Positions 1 through 8,665 of a DNA stretch of 31,994 nucleotides are shown here, piece by piece; positions within the stretch are counted from its first letter, which is position 1; every line of letters begins with the position of its first letter. Source of the DNA: a virus; the IMG/VR virus record IMGVR_UViG_3300045988_060868, positions 1 to 31,994 of that record. One strand, 5' to 3'. Under the pieces are notes generated by a model. The model did no database searches, was not told the DNA's origin, and saw nothing but the letters and a program-made list of their open reading frames with translations. The position numbers and the translations under genes were made by a program.

Positions 1-55
1 TTAAAGAAGTTTACGGAACGGATTGAGGACAATGCAAAGTAATATAACGACGCGT
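1..55. repeat. Terminal direct repeat: bases 1-55 are identical to 31940-31994, marking a circular or circularly permuted genome (assembly overlap)
   Basis: The exact 55-nt string ttaaagaagtttacggaacggattgaggacaatgcaaagtaatataacgacgcgt is read at both ends. The integrase start codon and the last codons of the upstream membrane-protein ORF lie inside it. Confidence 0.9.
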
Positions 56-1075
56 AAAAAAGACAACGCTTATCAAGTCATTGTCAGTTATAAAGATGGG
101 CGAAAATGGCGGCAAAAATCAAAACAGGGCTTCAGAACACAAAGAGAAGCAAAAGAGTACGGGCAACAGATAATAGAAGCCTTAAAAACGCAAATAACGC
201 CAATTGACGAGAATATGAGAGATATAACCCTCGGCGAGTTTGCGGAAGTCTTTTTACGCGAAAAAGTTAATCTTACCTACAGCACCAAAGCTATGTATAG
301 AGTGGCTTTAAAATCGTTCCCTATGCTTACCAATACGGAACTTCGTAATATCAATCATAATCTTGTAATAAGGGCATTTAACGAGATTCATATTGCCCCC
401 AGTACCATGAATTTGTATTTGAGGATATTAAAGGCGATTGCCAATTACGCCATTCGTCCTTATAAGCTTATTAGAGAAAACCCGTTTAATTCGGTACCCA
501 GACGTAAAGAAAGCGTCAAAAAGGTTTCTGCCTTTACCGATGGGGAAATGAAGTTTATTTTCTCTAGCATGGACGGATACGCCCGTGTTATGGTTTCTAT
601 CGCTTATTATGCCGGGTGTCGTATCGGCGAAATTCTAGGACTTACATGGGAAGATATTGACCTTGACGAAAAAACCATTACAATTAATAAACAGGTTGCT
701 ATTATTGATTCGAAGAAATTCGGAGTAACAGCACCTAAAACCGTCAATAGTTATAGAACCATTCCCATACCGCCTGTATTATGTGAGATTCTTAGGGAAT
801 ATAAAGCGACTCAATCGGATCGCCTATTGTTCCCGAAGAAAAACAGTAAGTACGTTCCTCGTATTCTAAAAAAGATTATGCCTGATAAAACCTTTCATGA
901 CTTGCGGCATACGTACGCAACAAAGTTACTTGCGAACGGAGTCGATATTAAAACCGTAGCTAGCTTATTAGGCGATAACGTAAACACTGTAATTAAAGTA
1001 TATGTACATTACACGGACGATATGAGAATGAAAGCGGCGGAGAATGTCGCTAATATTTTTAGCAAAAGTTTTTGA
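23..1075 (+). CDS. int: Phage integrase, tyrosine recombinase family (likely ATG start at 32)
   Basis: C-terminal catalytic motif ...HDLRHTYATKLLANGVDIKTVASLLGD...VYVHY with conserved R..HxxR..Y. N-terminal arm-binding-like domain (KDNAYQVIVSYKDGRKWRQKSKQGFRTQREAKEY). It is the last gene of the lysogeny block, next to the att-like region. Confidence 0.9.
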   Translation: MRTMQSNITTRKKDNAYQVIVSYKDGRKWRQKSKQGFRTQREAKEYGQQIIEALKTQITPIDENMRDITLGEFAEVFLREKVNLTYSTKAMYRVALKSFPMLTNTELRNINHNLVIRAFNEIHIAPSTMNLYLRILKAIANYAIRPYKLIRENPFNSVPRRKESVKKVSAFTDGEMKFIFSSMDGYARVMVSIAYYAGCRIGEILGLTWEDIDLDEKTITINKQVAIIDSKKFGVTAPKTVNSYRTIPIPPVLCEILREYKATQSDRLLFPKKNSKYVPRILKKIMPDKTFHDLRHTYATKLLANGVDIKTVASLLGDNVNTVIKVYVHYTDDMRMKAAENVANIFSKSF

Positions 1076-1258
1076 CGATTTTATTTTTTAATACCCTATA
1101 ATCGCTTTAAATACGCTAATAGTAGACATATTGTAAATTACTATACATTTTCATCAGCTATTAGGACAAATACACATATAACTACAAAATAGCATTATTA
1201 TCACACTTTAACGGCTTTTGTTTTTGCGATTGTTACATAAAAACCAGTTATCTACATA

Positions 1259-1282
1259 TAATTTTTGCCGAATTTTTGCCGA
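1259..1282. repeat. Tandem direct repeat ATTTTTGCCGA x2 in the int-proximal AT-rich intergenic region (candidate attP arm-type sites)
   Basis: atttttgccga atttttgccga read at 1261-1282. It sits between the int stop (1075) and the terminator, in an AT-rich 240-bp non-coding stretch. Confidence 0.35.
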
Positions 1283-1287
1283 AAAAA

Positions 1288-1317
1288 AGAAGCCCCCAAT
1301 ACGGGGGCTTTCTTGTT
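1288..1317. terminator. Bidirectional intrinsic terminator (strong for the minus-strand lysis operon, weaker for the plus-strand int transcript)
   Basis: aaaaaaagaAGCCCCCaatacGGGGGCTttcttgtt. A 7-bp GC stem is flanked by an A-run upstream and a T-rich stretch downstream. On the minus strand it reads as hairpin plus TTTTTTT, immediately after the stop at 1318. Confidence 0.75.
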
Positions 1318-1881
1318 CTACCACTCTTTAATTGTATACAAGACTGTGCCGCCTTTAAGTCCTGTTTGGTCAGCGTGTGCGACCGCTTCCACTCGTCCCG
1401 CTTGATAACCTACTGAACCGTACATTTTACCGTCAACATACGTTACTCCGCTTTTAATCTTATGATTATTGCGGAGATTTATTTTATATACATCTACCTT
1501 TTGTTTGTCCGTATTTTCAACAATGACAGTACGGTCAGTTTTAGCCGTTACGGTAGACGGTAAGGAAGGGTCATTACGGGCGATCTGTTGCCGCGTCATC
1601 TGTGCCGCTTCTTGTACCGTCCTTGCGGGCGTGTAATAGGTTGTTACAGGGGTTGCCCGTTCAACTTCTCGTATAATCGTCGTTGCGTCCCTCGGTGTAA
1701 CGTTAATGGCTTTTGCGAGTTGTTCGGGATTCTTTGCTTGTTCTATAGTGATAACCTTCGGAGCTTTTTCATCTTTATGTAAGTGTCTATGAACAATAAC
1801 CCCCGCCGCAATAACGACGAATAATAAGCTTACGACAATAATAATAGGGGTAAACCGCTTTATATATTCGCTTGTAGGCAT
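1318..1881 (-). CDS. N-terminally membrane-anchored protein, third gene of the lysis cassette (function unknown)
   Basis: One N-terminal TM helix (IIIVVSLLFVVIAAGVIV) followed by a roughly 150-aa soluble domain. Good RBS (aggag) 9 nt upstream. Co-directional and contiguous with the lysin and holin genes, with its own terminator. Confidence 0.6.
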   Translation of the reverse strand: MPTSEYIKRFTPIIIVVSLLFVVIAAGVIVHRHLHKDEKAPKVITIEQAKNPEQLAKAINVTPRDATTIIREVERATPVTTYYTPARTVQEAAQMTRQQIARNDPSLPSTVTAKTDRTVIVENTDKQKVDVYKINLRNNHKIKSGVTYVDGKMYGSVGYQAGRVEAVAHADQTGLKGGTVLYTIKEW

Positions 1882-1893
1882 GTATTAATCTCC

Positions 1894-2493
1894 TTAATCA
1901 ACGTCAAAATCAAGAACTATATCAGCGTCAAACTCATTTCCTTCTATGTTTTCACTAAAGGTATATTGCCAGATATTAGCACCGGGATAGCCGCAATAGG
2001 GGTTAAGATGAGAAACCCACAAGCCGCACCCGCCAAGCTGTTCAGGGTATAAGTAATTTTCAAGCCAATCAATATTTGCGTACAGCCCTGTTTTTGCGTA
2101 TCCGGCACTCCACAATTTATTAATGAAAATACTACAGAAATTCGTTAATTCTTGATTGCTCGGCATTCCTCTGTTGGCTTTGTAATCGTCAGCGTCTTCC
2201 ATGTCATACCAAACGCCAAGCGGTAATTTATCGGGGGTAAGCCCGGAGCTTTGTAATGTATTCAATACAAAATCCGCTTCCTGATTGGCCGCGTCTTCAT
2301 CTAAAGCGTAAGAGTAATGGTATACGCCAACTTTAAGACCCGCATTAATTGCTCCGTTTATGTTGTCATAAAAGCAACTATCAAGCGTATTGCGTCCGTA
2401 CCCCAGTCGAATAATTGCAAATTGATAGCCGTTTGCCGCGACGGTTCCCCAGTCTACTAATCCGTTATTTTCACTTACGTCAATTCCTCGCAT
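1894..2493 (-). CDS. Endolysin, glycoside hydrolase family 25 muramidase (catalytic domain only, no obvious cell-wall-binding domain)
   Basis: N-terminus MRGIDVSENNGLVDWGTVAANGYQFAIIRLGYG matches the GH25 (Lyz2 / Cpl-1-like) signature GIDVS..G.IDW. Sits immediately downstream of the holin. Confidence 0.9.
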   Translation of the reverse strand: MRGIDVSENNGLVDWGTVAANGYQFAIIRLGYGRNTLDSCFYDNINGAINAGLKVGVYHYSYALDEDAANQEADFVLNTLQSSGLTPDKLPLGVWYDMEDADDYKANRGMPSNQELTNFCSIFINKLWSAGYAKTGLYANIDWLENYLYPEQLGGCGLWVSHLNPYCGYPGANIWQYTFSENIEGNEFDADIVLDFDVD

Positions 2494-2506
2494 AATAATC
2501 TCCTTT

Positions 2507-3079
2507 CTAGAACTTTACCTTGTTTTCAATTTTCGTTCTTACTAGATCCAAAAACTTGCCAAGCATTACATTGCCGCCGTCGCGAAGGTTTTCGAGAATT
2601 GAAAGAAACTCACTAGAACCCAAATATAACCACACAAGAGAAACGGCAAACTTCCGTTGTCCACTCATTTCATCAAGTAATACCGCCGCGAATGTGGCTA
2701 GTACGTAAGATAACACTTTCTGCACAAACCCTTTTCGCATGTAGCGACTTGAAATAAGCCTTTTTTCAAATGCTATGGGGATAGCTCTGTACTTTTCCCA
2801 AACCGCAATTTCTTCAGGATTATACTGGTACTCGTCAATTAGCATTTGATAGGCAATAGCTGCCCATTTAGTGAGCAAATCAACGAATACCAGAATAATA
2901 AAAATCCCAAGTATCTGCACATGACGAATGCCGATAAGCCATAAAGCAAGGCCGCCCGCAGCACTCAACGCCGCCTTTAAAATAAAATTAGTCGTAAGCG
3001 TTTCCCATGTGTGTGAAAGCGTGTCAAAAATAAAATTCATTTGCCCTCTCCTTTGCATAATAAAAGGGACGTTTGTCAC
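2507..3079 (-). CDS. Holin, TcdE / Phage_holin_4_1-like (likely start at the internal MNFIFD Met)
   Basis: Three predicted TM segments. Conserved motifs (FVDLLTKW, SEFLSILENL) resemble TcdE-family holins. Directly precedes the GH25 lysin. Confidence 0.75.
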   Translation of the reverse strand: MTNVPFIMQRRGQMNFIFDTLSHTWETLTTNFILKAALSAAGGLALWLIGIRHVQILGIFIILVFVDLLTKWAAIAYQMLIDEYQYNPEEIAVWEKYRAIPIAFEKRLISSRYMRKGFVQKVLSYVLATFAAVLLDEMSGQRKFAVSLVWLYLGSSEFLSILENLRDGGNVMLGKFLDLVRTKIENKVKF

Positions 3080-3089
3080 GTCCCCTATT
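3066..3089 (-). terminator. Hairpin plus T-run between the giant virion gene and the holin RBS
   Basis: Minus-strand reading: aGGGGACGtgacaaaCGTCCCttttatt, then the RBS aaaggagag and the holin ATG. Shares the AAGGGACG stem motif with the hairpin at 8618-8645. Confidence 0.5.
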
Positions 3090-6000
3090 TAACTCTGTCG
3101 TACCCGTATACTCTACGGGCAATATTGGCTTTAAGAACGTTAAAGCGATCTAACTGCTCCCGCTTCTGTTCTCCGCTTATGTTCTCATTGTTCATAATCG
3201 CTTTACTTGCTCTTGATAACTTCGTAAGCTGTTCCCTTGCTTCTTTGAGTTTGCCGAATTGGCGTACATCAAAGTCTTCAGGTTTCTGCTTGGTTATTTT
3301 TGCTTCATTGAACAGCTTGTTCTGTGCGTCGAAGTCATCGTATACCCGTTGTACGCTGTTGCTTCCTTGATACGGGGTTGCCGTAAACTTATTAATTTCG
3401 GGCATTTCATACCAACGTTTTGCGGGTCTGTTTGCGGTTTCACCTGTGGCTGCGTCTATCGCCGTAAGTCCAAGCGTTGCGAGGTTACCGCCGTATCCTC
3501 TAATAGTGTTATCCACTTTATACGGAGATACATTAAACAGCGACCCTATCCCCTTCGCTACTGCTGACGTATTTTGACCGTACTGTAAAGCGTCGGGAAG
3601 GTCTTGTTGTGCTTGCGGTACAATACTCTTTTGCCGCCAGAATGAGTAATTAGCTGCCCATTCTGCAATAGGAATAAACGCCGTCGGCATAACACTCGGC
3701 GTAAGCACGTCGGCCACTCGTTCGCCGTACCCTTTAAAGCCTATTCCCTTTCTTCCGTGTTCCTTATCGTCCATCCACTGTAACATGCGTTCAACGCTAG
3801 TCCCATACAATACGCCAAGTTCGAACGGCTTAGGAATTTTGATTAAATGGTCACCGCTCGGAAGAATCCAATACGTATCCTTAACATACTGCGGAAGTTC
3901 CTGATATTCAGGGTTATCCTTATTGATCTGCCATAACGCAACCGTAGGAATAGTTACAAACAAAGTAGCCCGAATAGAAGCCCCTACAGGGTCTTCCTTC
4001 CACACTCTACGAAGCTTATCAGCCCCTTGAACAGCCGCATTAAAGAACGCCACAACCCTATTAGCTGTCTTGGTGTTCTTCCCTATACGGCTAAAGTCGA
4101 TAGTAATATCACGGGCTTCAAGGGCTGCTTGTTGCGGTGTGAGTGATTTACGTTCACTACCAAAAAGCCTATTGGCAAGACCTGTATACCCTTTTCGAGC
4201 ATTGTCGTATTCGGCAAGACGTGTACTTATTTCGGACGCTTCAGAGATTGCCCGCATTACTTCGATAGGGTTCTTTACAACCTTCTGCCATGTCGGTTCT
4301 TTCCTCAGGATTTCGCGGATTTGACCGCCCATATAGTCACGGTCAAGCGAAACCATGGCCGCACCAGAAGCACCGGAACGCAAGTATTCTTGATACAATT
4401 CGCCTTTCTTAATGAATTGCGAAACGCCTTTAAGCGTATCAAATACAGGTAAATACCCATGCTTAGAAAAGATTGCCGCACTTACGTTATCTCGTACAAG
4501 GTTAGCTAATGCGAACCCTGTTGTAGACGTTGCCCCGGCTCTTAACCAACTAGAGGGAGTTTGCATGATTCTTACAAGTAGGTTACTTGCGTTTTTGTCG
4601 CTCATTTCTAACGCTGCTTTTAGTTCGGGAGTTGTTTCGTATACTACCTTTTGGCCACGTTGCCATACTGTAAAAGTATTGTCCGTTGCCCTTGCCGAAC
4701 CCTCTTTAACCTGTTCAACAATACGCCCCATACCGTGAATATCGGCAAGTTTCGCAAAGTTTTGGGCTACTTTATTGCGTTCAATAGCGTTTGTAAACTG
4801 GTATGTGTTCCGTAAAATGCTTTGCAACGGGTCAATAATATCCCGCGTTGACCCTTTGAATCTCTTAATAGGGCTTGCTACGTTAACAAATCCCTTGCTA
4901 CTTGCAAGAAATCCGTCCATGCTTTCCGCTTTAAAGTCACGGAAGAACGGCACGTAATTCGGATACTTCTTGACAAGTTCGGCGTATATTTCAGGCTTTA
5001 ACATCCCTGATTTTACAAGCTGTTGTAATAAGTGCCGTTGGTATTTCTGTAATTCGTCAGCCGCCTTTTTGAACGTTTCATTCTTTTCGAATTTCCGTAA
5101 GGTTGCCACGTCTTCAGCTTTAGAAAACGTCGCCTTTTGCCCGTTGGCATGAAAATCTAAATCATGCTTGGCCACAAGGTAAGCACTAAAGTTTTTACGC
5201 TCTTTAATTCCGATGGGTTCTAGTATAGCTTTAAGCCCTTTAACCCCCGCCGACTTATCGCCAAATTCAACAAGGGCTTGAGCCTTACCCGTCGCACCTC
5301 TGAATAACCACGCCTGTTTATATACGTCGTTTTCAAAGGGGATTTCTTTCCCAATTTGCTTGTTTACTTCTTTCATTAACTGTTCGAACGGGTGCAACTC
5401 GTCAACGGTATGCGTATACAAGCTATGCCCTAAGTCTAAAAGCTTTTCTTTGAAACCGCCGTTATCGGAAATATCTTTGATTCTTGTAGACAGCTTACCG
5501 TCATCGAACGAAATAGAACCCTTTACTCGTTCTTCCGGATCTTGTTTAAACCATTCATGCGTAATCTTGGAAAGCTTATTAATTGCTCCGTTTAATTCCT
5601 TGTCCTTCGCCAGTCGTTCCGTGAAGTGATCGTAAAACGTCGGGAAGTCGGCTTTTGCCTTGTTTCTATCGCTTACATAGTCATGGAAGAACTCAGCGTA
5701 ACCTTCCTTACGGATACCTTCATCGCCTAATTTGTCATACACATTGCCGAAACGGTCATGCACAACCCTTGAAAACTCGGTGTTAAACTTCGGGTCAATA
5801 CTGAATCCGTTCTTATGGTCTACGTGATGACCAAGTTCATGCATAAGCGTATTTATGTCCCCGAAATTACGAGTACGGATTACTTCCGTCATGCGGTTAT
5901 ACCACCCAAGAACGTCTTTACGCTTGCCAAGCCGTCCCGATTTTACACGTTGGTCAAACAAATCGTTAACGGTATTAATAATTTCCCGTCGTGTAACAGG

Positions 6001-8613
6001 CCGTCCCAGTCGCTCTACGCCTTCCCCTGTAGGGGTGTTATTATTGCTAACGTTATATTCCAAATCTTTATCATTGACTTTTCCCGGTTCATCTGTTACT
6101 CTTGAATCACCAGATGTGTCGGGTCTAGCGTCAGACAATGCGGCACTATCACTGGTTGCCTGCGGGGGACGCTCCGACTGTCGGGCTTTTAGCTCATCGC
6201 GAATGTTACTATTGATATATTCAACTTTATCAATAGCAATTTTCCCGCTGAGCATTTTTTTTGCATTCATCGCAAAACCCCCGCGGCGTGCATTGGAATC
6301 ATCTATAAACGATGTTACTATTTCACCAGACCCATTTTTCTTGACTTCAATAACAACCTTATGCAACAGGTTGCTATTTTCCCCACGATAAAACCCAATG
6401 TATTTTAGCCGTCCATCAACCTGTCGTAAAACCACATCGGGATTAGATATCGTGTCTTTTACAAGCTGTGTTACAAACGCTCTTTTCTTGCTCGGGTGCT
6501 GAGTTCCCTTGCTAGAACCTTTGTACAAATGGTCAGCAAGTCTATCAATAGATTCTTTGTTTTTTGAATCGTAAACAAACCTAACAAGATTGTTAAACGG
6601 ATCCCTTATTCCGTTTTTCAAATTAATAATATTTTGTTTTACTTCTTCAACGGCTTCACGCCAACTCATTTCTTCATAGCGTCTTAAATCATCGGCGTTA
6701 TATTGCCTAAATCCTTCTTGGATTTTAGGCGATTTATTAATTTCTTCTGCTAAAGTTTCAGGTGATATGTCAATATTTTGACTTATCGCCTCTTTTTTTA
6801 CGTTATTTTCGGTTGAATCATCAAAAACCGCCTTATTTTCACTTCTAACACCGTTTATATCATCGGTACTAGTATTCATATTCAAGTCATCTTTAGCACG
6901 GCTTAAATCTGATTCTACGAGGTCGTTTTTTGCCGAAATATTTAAATTTTCTTTGTCTCCGCTTACTTGAGAATTATTTTTATCGCTCTCCACGATTTCA
7001 TGAGGAATTTCCCGTTCAGCCTGTTGGATTCGACGAGATTCACCGTTTTCGGATACTCCATTTCTCGGCGTACTCTTATAATCCCCGTAATTGCCATCAA
7101 AAGTTTCACGGGCAATGCGTTGACGTTCTTCGTCTCTGGCTACATTGGGATTAGGTCTTTCATATTCCCTACGAACAATAACCGCCATTTCTTCTGGCGT
7201 TGCGTCGGGGTGTTCTCGCATAGTATTTAATGCGGCTCTTTCGTTCCCCTCTGTTAACTCGTGGATAGAGAAATCAATTTGCGTTTTCCAGTCATAAGGG
7301 TCAAGACCTCTTTCTGCTGCAAAGTCTTTTAATCCCTGTAGCCTGTCATCTGTAAATTGAATTAGCCCTTCTGATCCATATTCGTCATGGCTTACGACTC
7401 TCGTATCAAAGCTACTTTCTGCCCCTATGTTCCCCGTGAGGGCTGCCGCTTCCACGTCTGTAAATCCCGCTGCACGGTAACGGTTGTAAATGTCATTCTG
7501 AAGATTTCCCGTTTCTTCGTAACCACCTTCAGGGCGTTCGGGTGATACATAATCGCTAACGGCTTCTTCAGGGATAACCCCCTCAAACATGCCTTGCGGT
7601 TCGTATGCGGCTGCAAGTTCAGGCGTTTCGCTTTTAATTTCGTTTCTGCCAATATCGTCAAATGCTCCCGCCGCTTTATTGCGTGCGTTTTCTGCCGCTT
7701 CGCCTATCTTCTCTTTAATCTCACCAACTCGTTCAGGGATTACATCAGAGACTTTATTATAAACGCCTTCTTTCACCCCTTTTGGTACTGCCCCTTTAGT
7801 TAACTCTATAGGTAAAAATACGTCGCTCCAAAGGTTAGTAGGGTTATCGACGATATTGCCAATAAACCCAGACGGGTCACTTACTGCACGTGTTACCGGG
7901 TCTATAATAGGGTCTATCGCAAACTGTTTTGCTGTCGCTACGACAGGATTCCCCATAATTCCTTCGGGTGCTTCTCCGTTGGCTTTGGCTTCGGCGTTTT
8001 GCGTTGCAATCTCTGCAAGGTCTCCCGCAATCATCGGAGCGGCCGCAATCCCGGCTACTGCTCGTATAGGTGTCGGCATGAACGGAGTAATAGCAAGATT
8101 GGCGGCGGGATTGCCGATAGCTTCGTTATATAAGTTTCTTCGTGCATTGGTGTAATCCGTACCGCCGTACTGCGTAAGAGTGGCTTCAGGGTCATCAGAT
8201 ACAACCATAGGAACAACGCCGCCGTTTTCGTTAGACGCGTTAACAATAGCGTTGCCAACTTGGTAATTATAATTATCCCAGGCGTTTTTTACATTGTTCC
8301 CCCAGTCTTTTATCGTGTTCCCTACGTTAGTTAACGTTGTTTCCGCTTGGTCAGCGGCTGCTTTTGCGGCATTATCAAACCCGCTTTGCACGTATTCCAC
8401 ATTGTTAGCAATGCCGTTTTTTACGTACTCTACATTGTTGGCGATTCCATCAATAATAGACCCGCCGCCGCTTTGTTGTGCTTGCTGTTGTGCCGCTTGT
8501 TGGGCTAACTGCTGCTGAATGATACCGTTTTCTACAATATCATCAAAATACCCTTGCGGTGTGTAACTTAAACTATCTTGTTCGTTCGGAAAAAGGTTAT
8601 CAAACGCTCCCAT
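3085..8613 (-). CDS. Giant (1,842-aa) multidomain virion/ejection protein with a tail-lysozyme-like domain and an HExxH zincin metallopeptidase motif (polyvalent-protein-like)
   Basis: Residues ~385-470 (nt ~7204-7461) read GNIGAESSFD...SEGLIQFTDDR, resembling the phage tail lysozyme family. HELGHHVDH is at residues 925-933 (nt 5815-5841). N-terminus is Q/N/G-rich. Long C-terminal region has no recognised motif. It is the last gene of the structural block. Confidence 0.7.
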   Translation of the reverse strand: MGAFDNLFPNEQDSLSYTPQGYFDDIVENGIIQQQLAQQAAQQQAQQSGGGSIIDGIANNVEYVKNGIANNVEYVQSGFDNAAKAAADQAETTLTNVGNTIKDWGNNVKNAWDNYNYQVGNAIVNASNENGGVVPMVVSDDPEATLTQYGGTDYTNARRNLYNEAIGNPAANLAITPFMPTPIRAVAGIAAAPMIAGDLAEIATQNAEAKANGEAPEGIMGNPVVATAKQFAIDPIIDPVTRAVSDPSGFIGNIVDNPTNLWSDVFLPIELTKGAVPKGVKEGVYNKVSDVIPERVGEIKEKIGEAAENARNKAAGAFDDIGRNEIKSETPELAAAYEPQGMFEGVIPEEAVSDYVSPERPEGGYEETGNLQNDIYNRYRAAGFTDVEAAALTGNIGAESSFDTRVVSHDEYGSEGLIQFTDDRLQGLKDFAAERGLDPYDWKTQIDFSIHELTEGNERAALNTMREHPDATPEEMAVIVRREYERPNPNVARDEERQRIARETFDGNYGDYKSTPRNGVSENGESRRIQQAEREIPHEIVESDKNNSQVSGDKENLNISAKNDLVESDLSRAKDDLNMNTSTDDINGVRSENKAVFDDSTENNVKKEAISQNIDISPETLAEEINKSPKIQEGFRQYNADDLRRYEEMSWREAVEEVKQNIINLKNGIRDPFNNLVRFVYDSKNKESIDRLADHLYKGSSKGTQHPSKKRAFVTQLVKDTISNPDVVLRQVDGRLKYIGFYRGENSNLLHKVVIEVKKNGSGEIVTSFIDDSNARRGGFAMNAKKMLSGKIAIDKVEYINSNIRDELKARQSERPPQATSDSAALSDARPDTSGDSRVTDEPGKVNDKDLEYNVSNNNTPTGEGVERLGRPVTRREIINTVNDLFDQRVKSGRLGKRKDVLGWYNRMTEVIRTRNFGDINTLMHELGHHVDHKNGFSIDPKFNTEFSRVVHDRFGNVYDKLGDEGIRKEGYAEFFHDYVSDRNKAKADFPTFYDHFTERLAKDKELNGAINKLSKITHEWFKQDPEERVKGSISFDDGKLSTRIKDISDNGGFKEKLLDLGHSLYTHTVDELHPFEQLMKEVNKQIGKEIPFENDVYKQAWLFRGATGKAQALVEFGDKSAGVKGLKAILEPIGIKERKNFSAYLVAKHDLDFHANGQKATFSKAEDVATLRKFEKNETFKKAADELQKYQRHLLQQLVKSGMLKPEIYAELVKKYPNYVPFFRDFKAESMDGFLASSKGFVNVASPIKRFKGSTRDIIDPLQSILRNTYQFTNAIERNKVAQNFAKLADIHGMGRIVEQVKEGSARATDNTFTVWQRGQKVVYETTPELKAALEMSDKNASNLLVRIMQTPSSWLRAGATSTTGFALANLVRDNVSAAIFSKHGYLPVFDTLKGVSQFIKKGELYQEYLRSGASGAAMVSLDRDYMGGQIREILRKEPTWQKVVKNPIEVMRAISEASEISTRLAEYDNARKGYTGLANRLFGSERKSLTPQQAALEARDITIDFSRIGKNTKTANRVVAFFNAAVQGADKLRRVWKEDPVGASIRATLFVTIPTVALWQINKDNPEYQELPQYVKDTYWILPSGDHLIKIPKPFELGVLYGTSVERMLQWMDDKEHGRKGIGFKGYGERVADVLTPSVMPTAFIPIAEWAANYSFWRQKSIVPQAQQDLPDALQYGQNTSAVAKGIGSLFNVSPYKVDNTIRGYGGNLATLGLTAIDAATGETANRPAKRWYEMPEINKFTATPYQGSNSVQRVYDDFDAQNKLFNEAKITKQKPEDFDVRQFGKLKEAREQLTKLSRASKAIMNNENISGEQKREQLDRFNVLKANIARRVYGYDRVK

Positions 8614-8617
8614 GTTT

Positions 8618-8645
8618 TACCCTTTCATATATAAACAAGAAGGGA
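8618..8645 (-). terminator. Hairpin plus T-rich tract between the 514-aa gene and the giant gene (attenuator/terminator)
   Basis: Minus-strand: GAAGGGGCGtttataaCGTCCCTTCttgtttatatat, followed by the RBS gaaagggtaaaacATG. Confidence 0.45.
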
Positions 8646-8665
8646 CGTTATAAACGCCCCTTCTA

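Noticed and set aside
3085-8613. Giant ORF as a siphovirus tape measure protein
   Set aside because: It contains globular lysozyme-like and HExxH domains rather than long helical repeats. No major tail, tube, sheath or tail-assembly chaperone genes are present. Portal and gene order look P22-like. An ejection or internal protein is more consistent, although this cannot be proven by eye.
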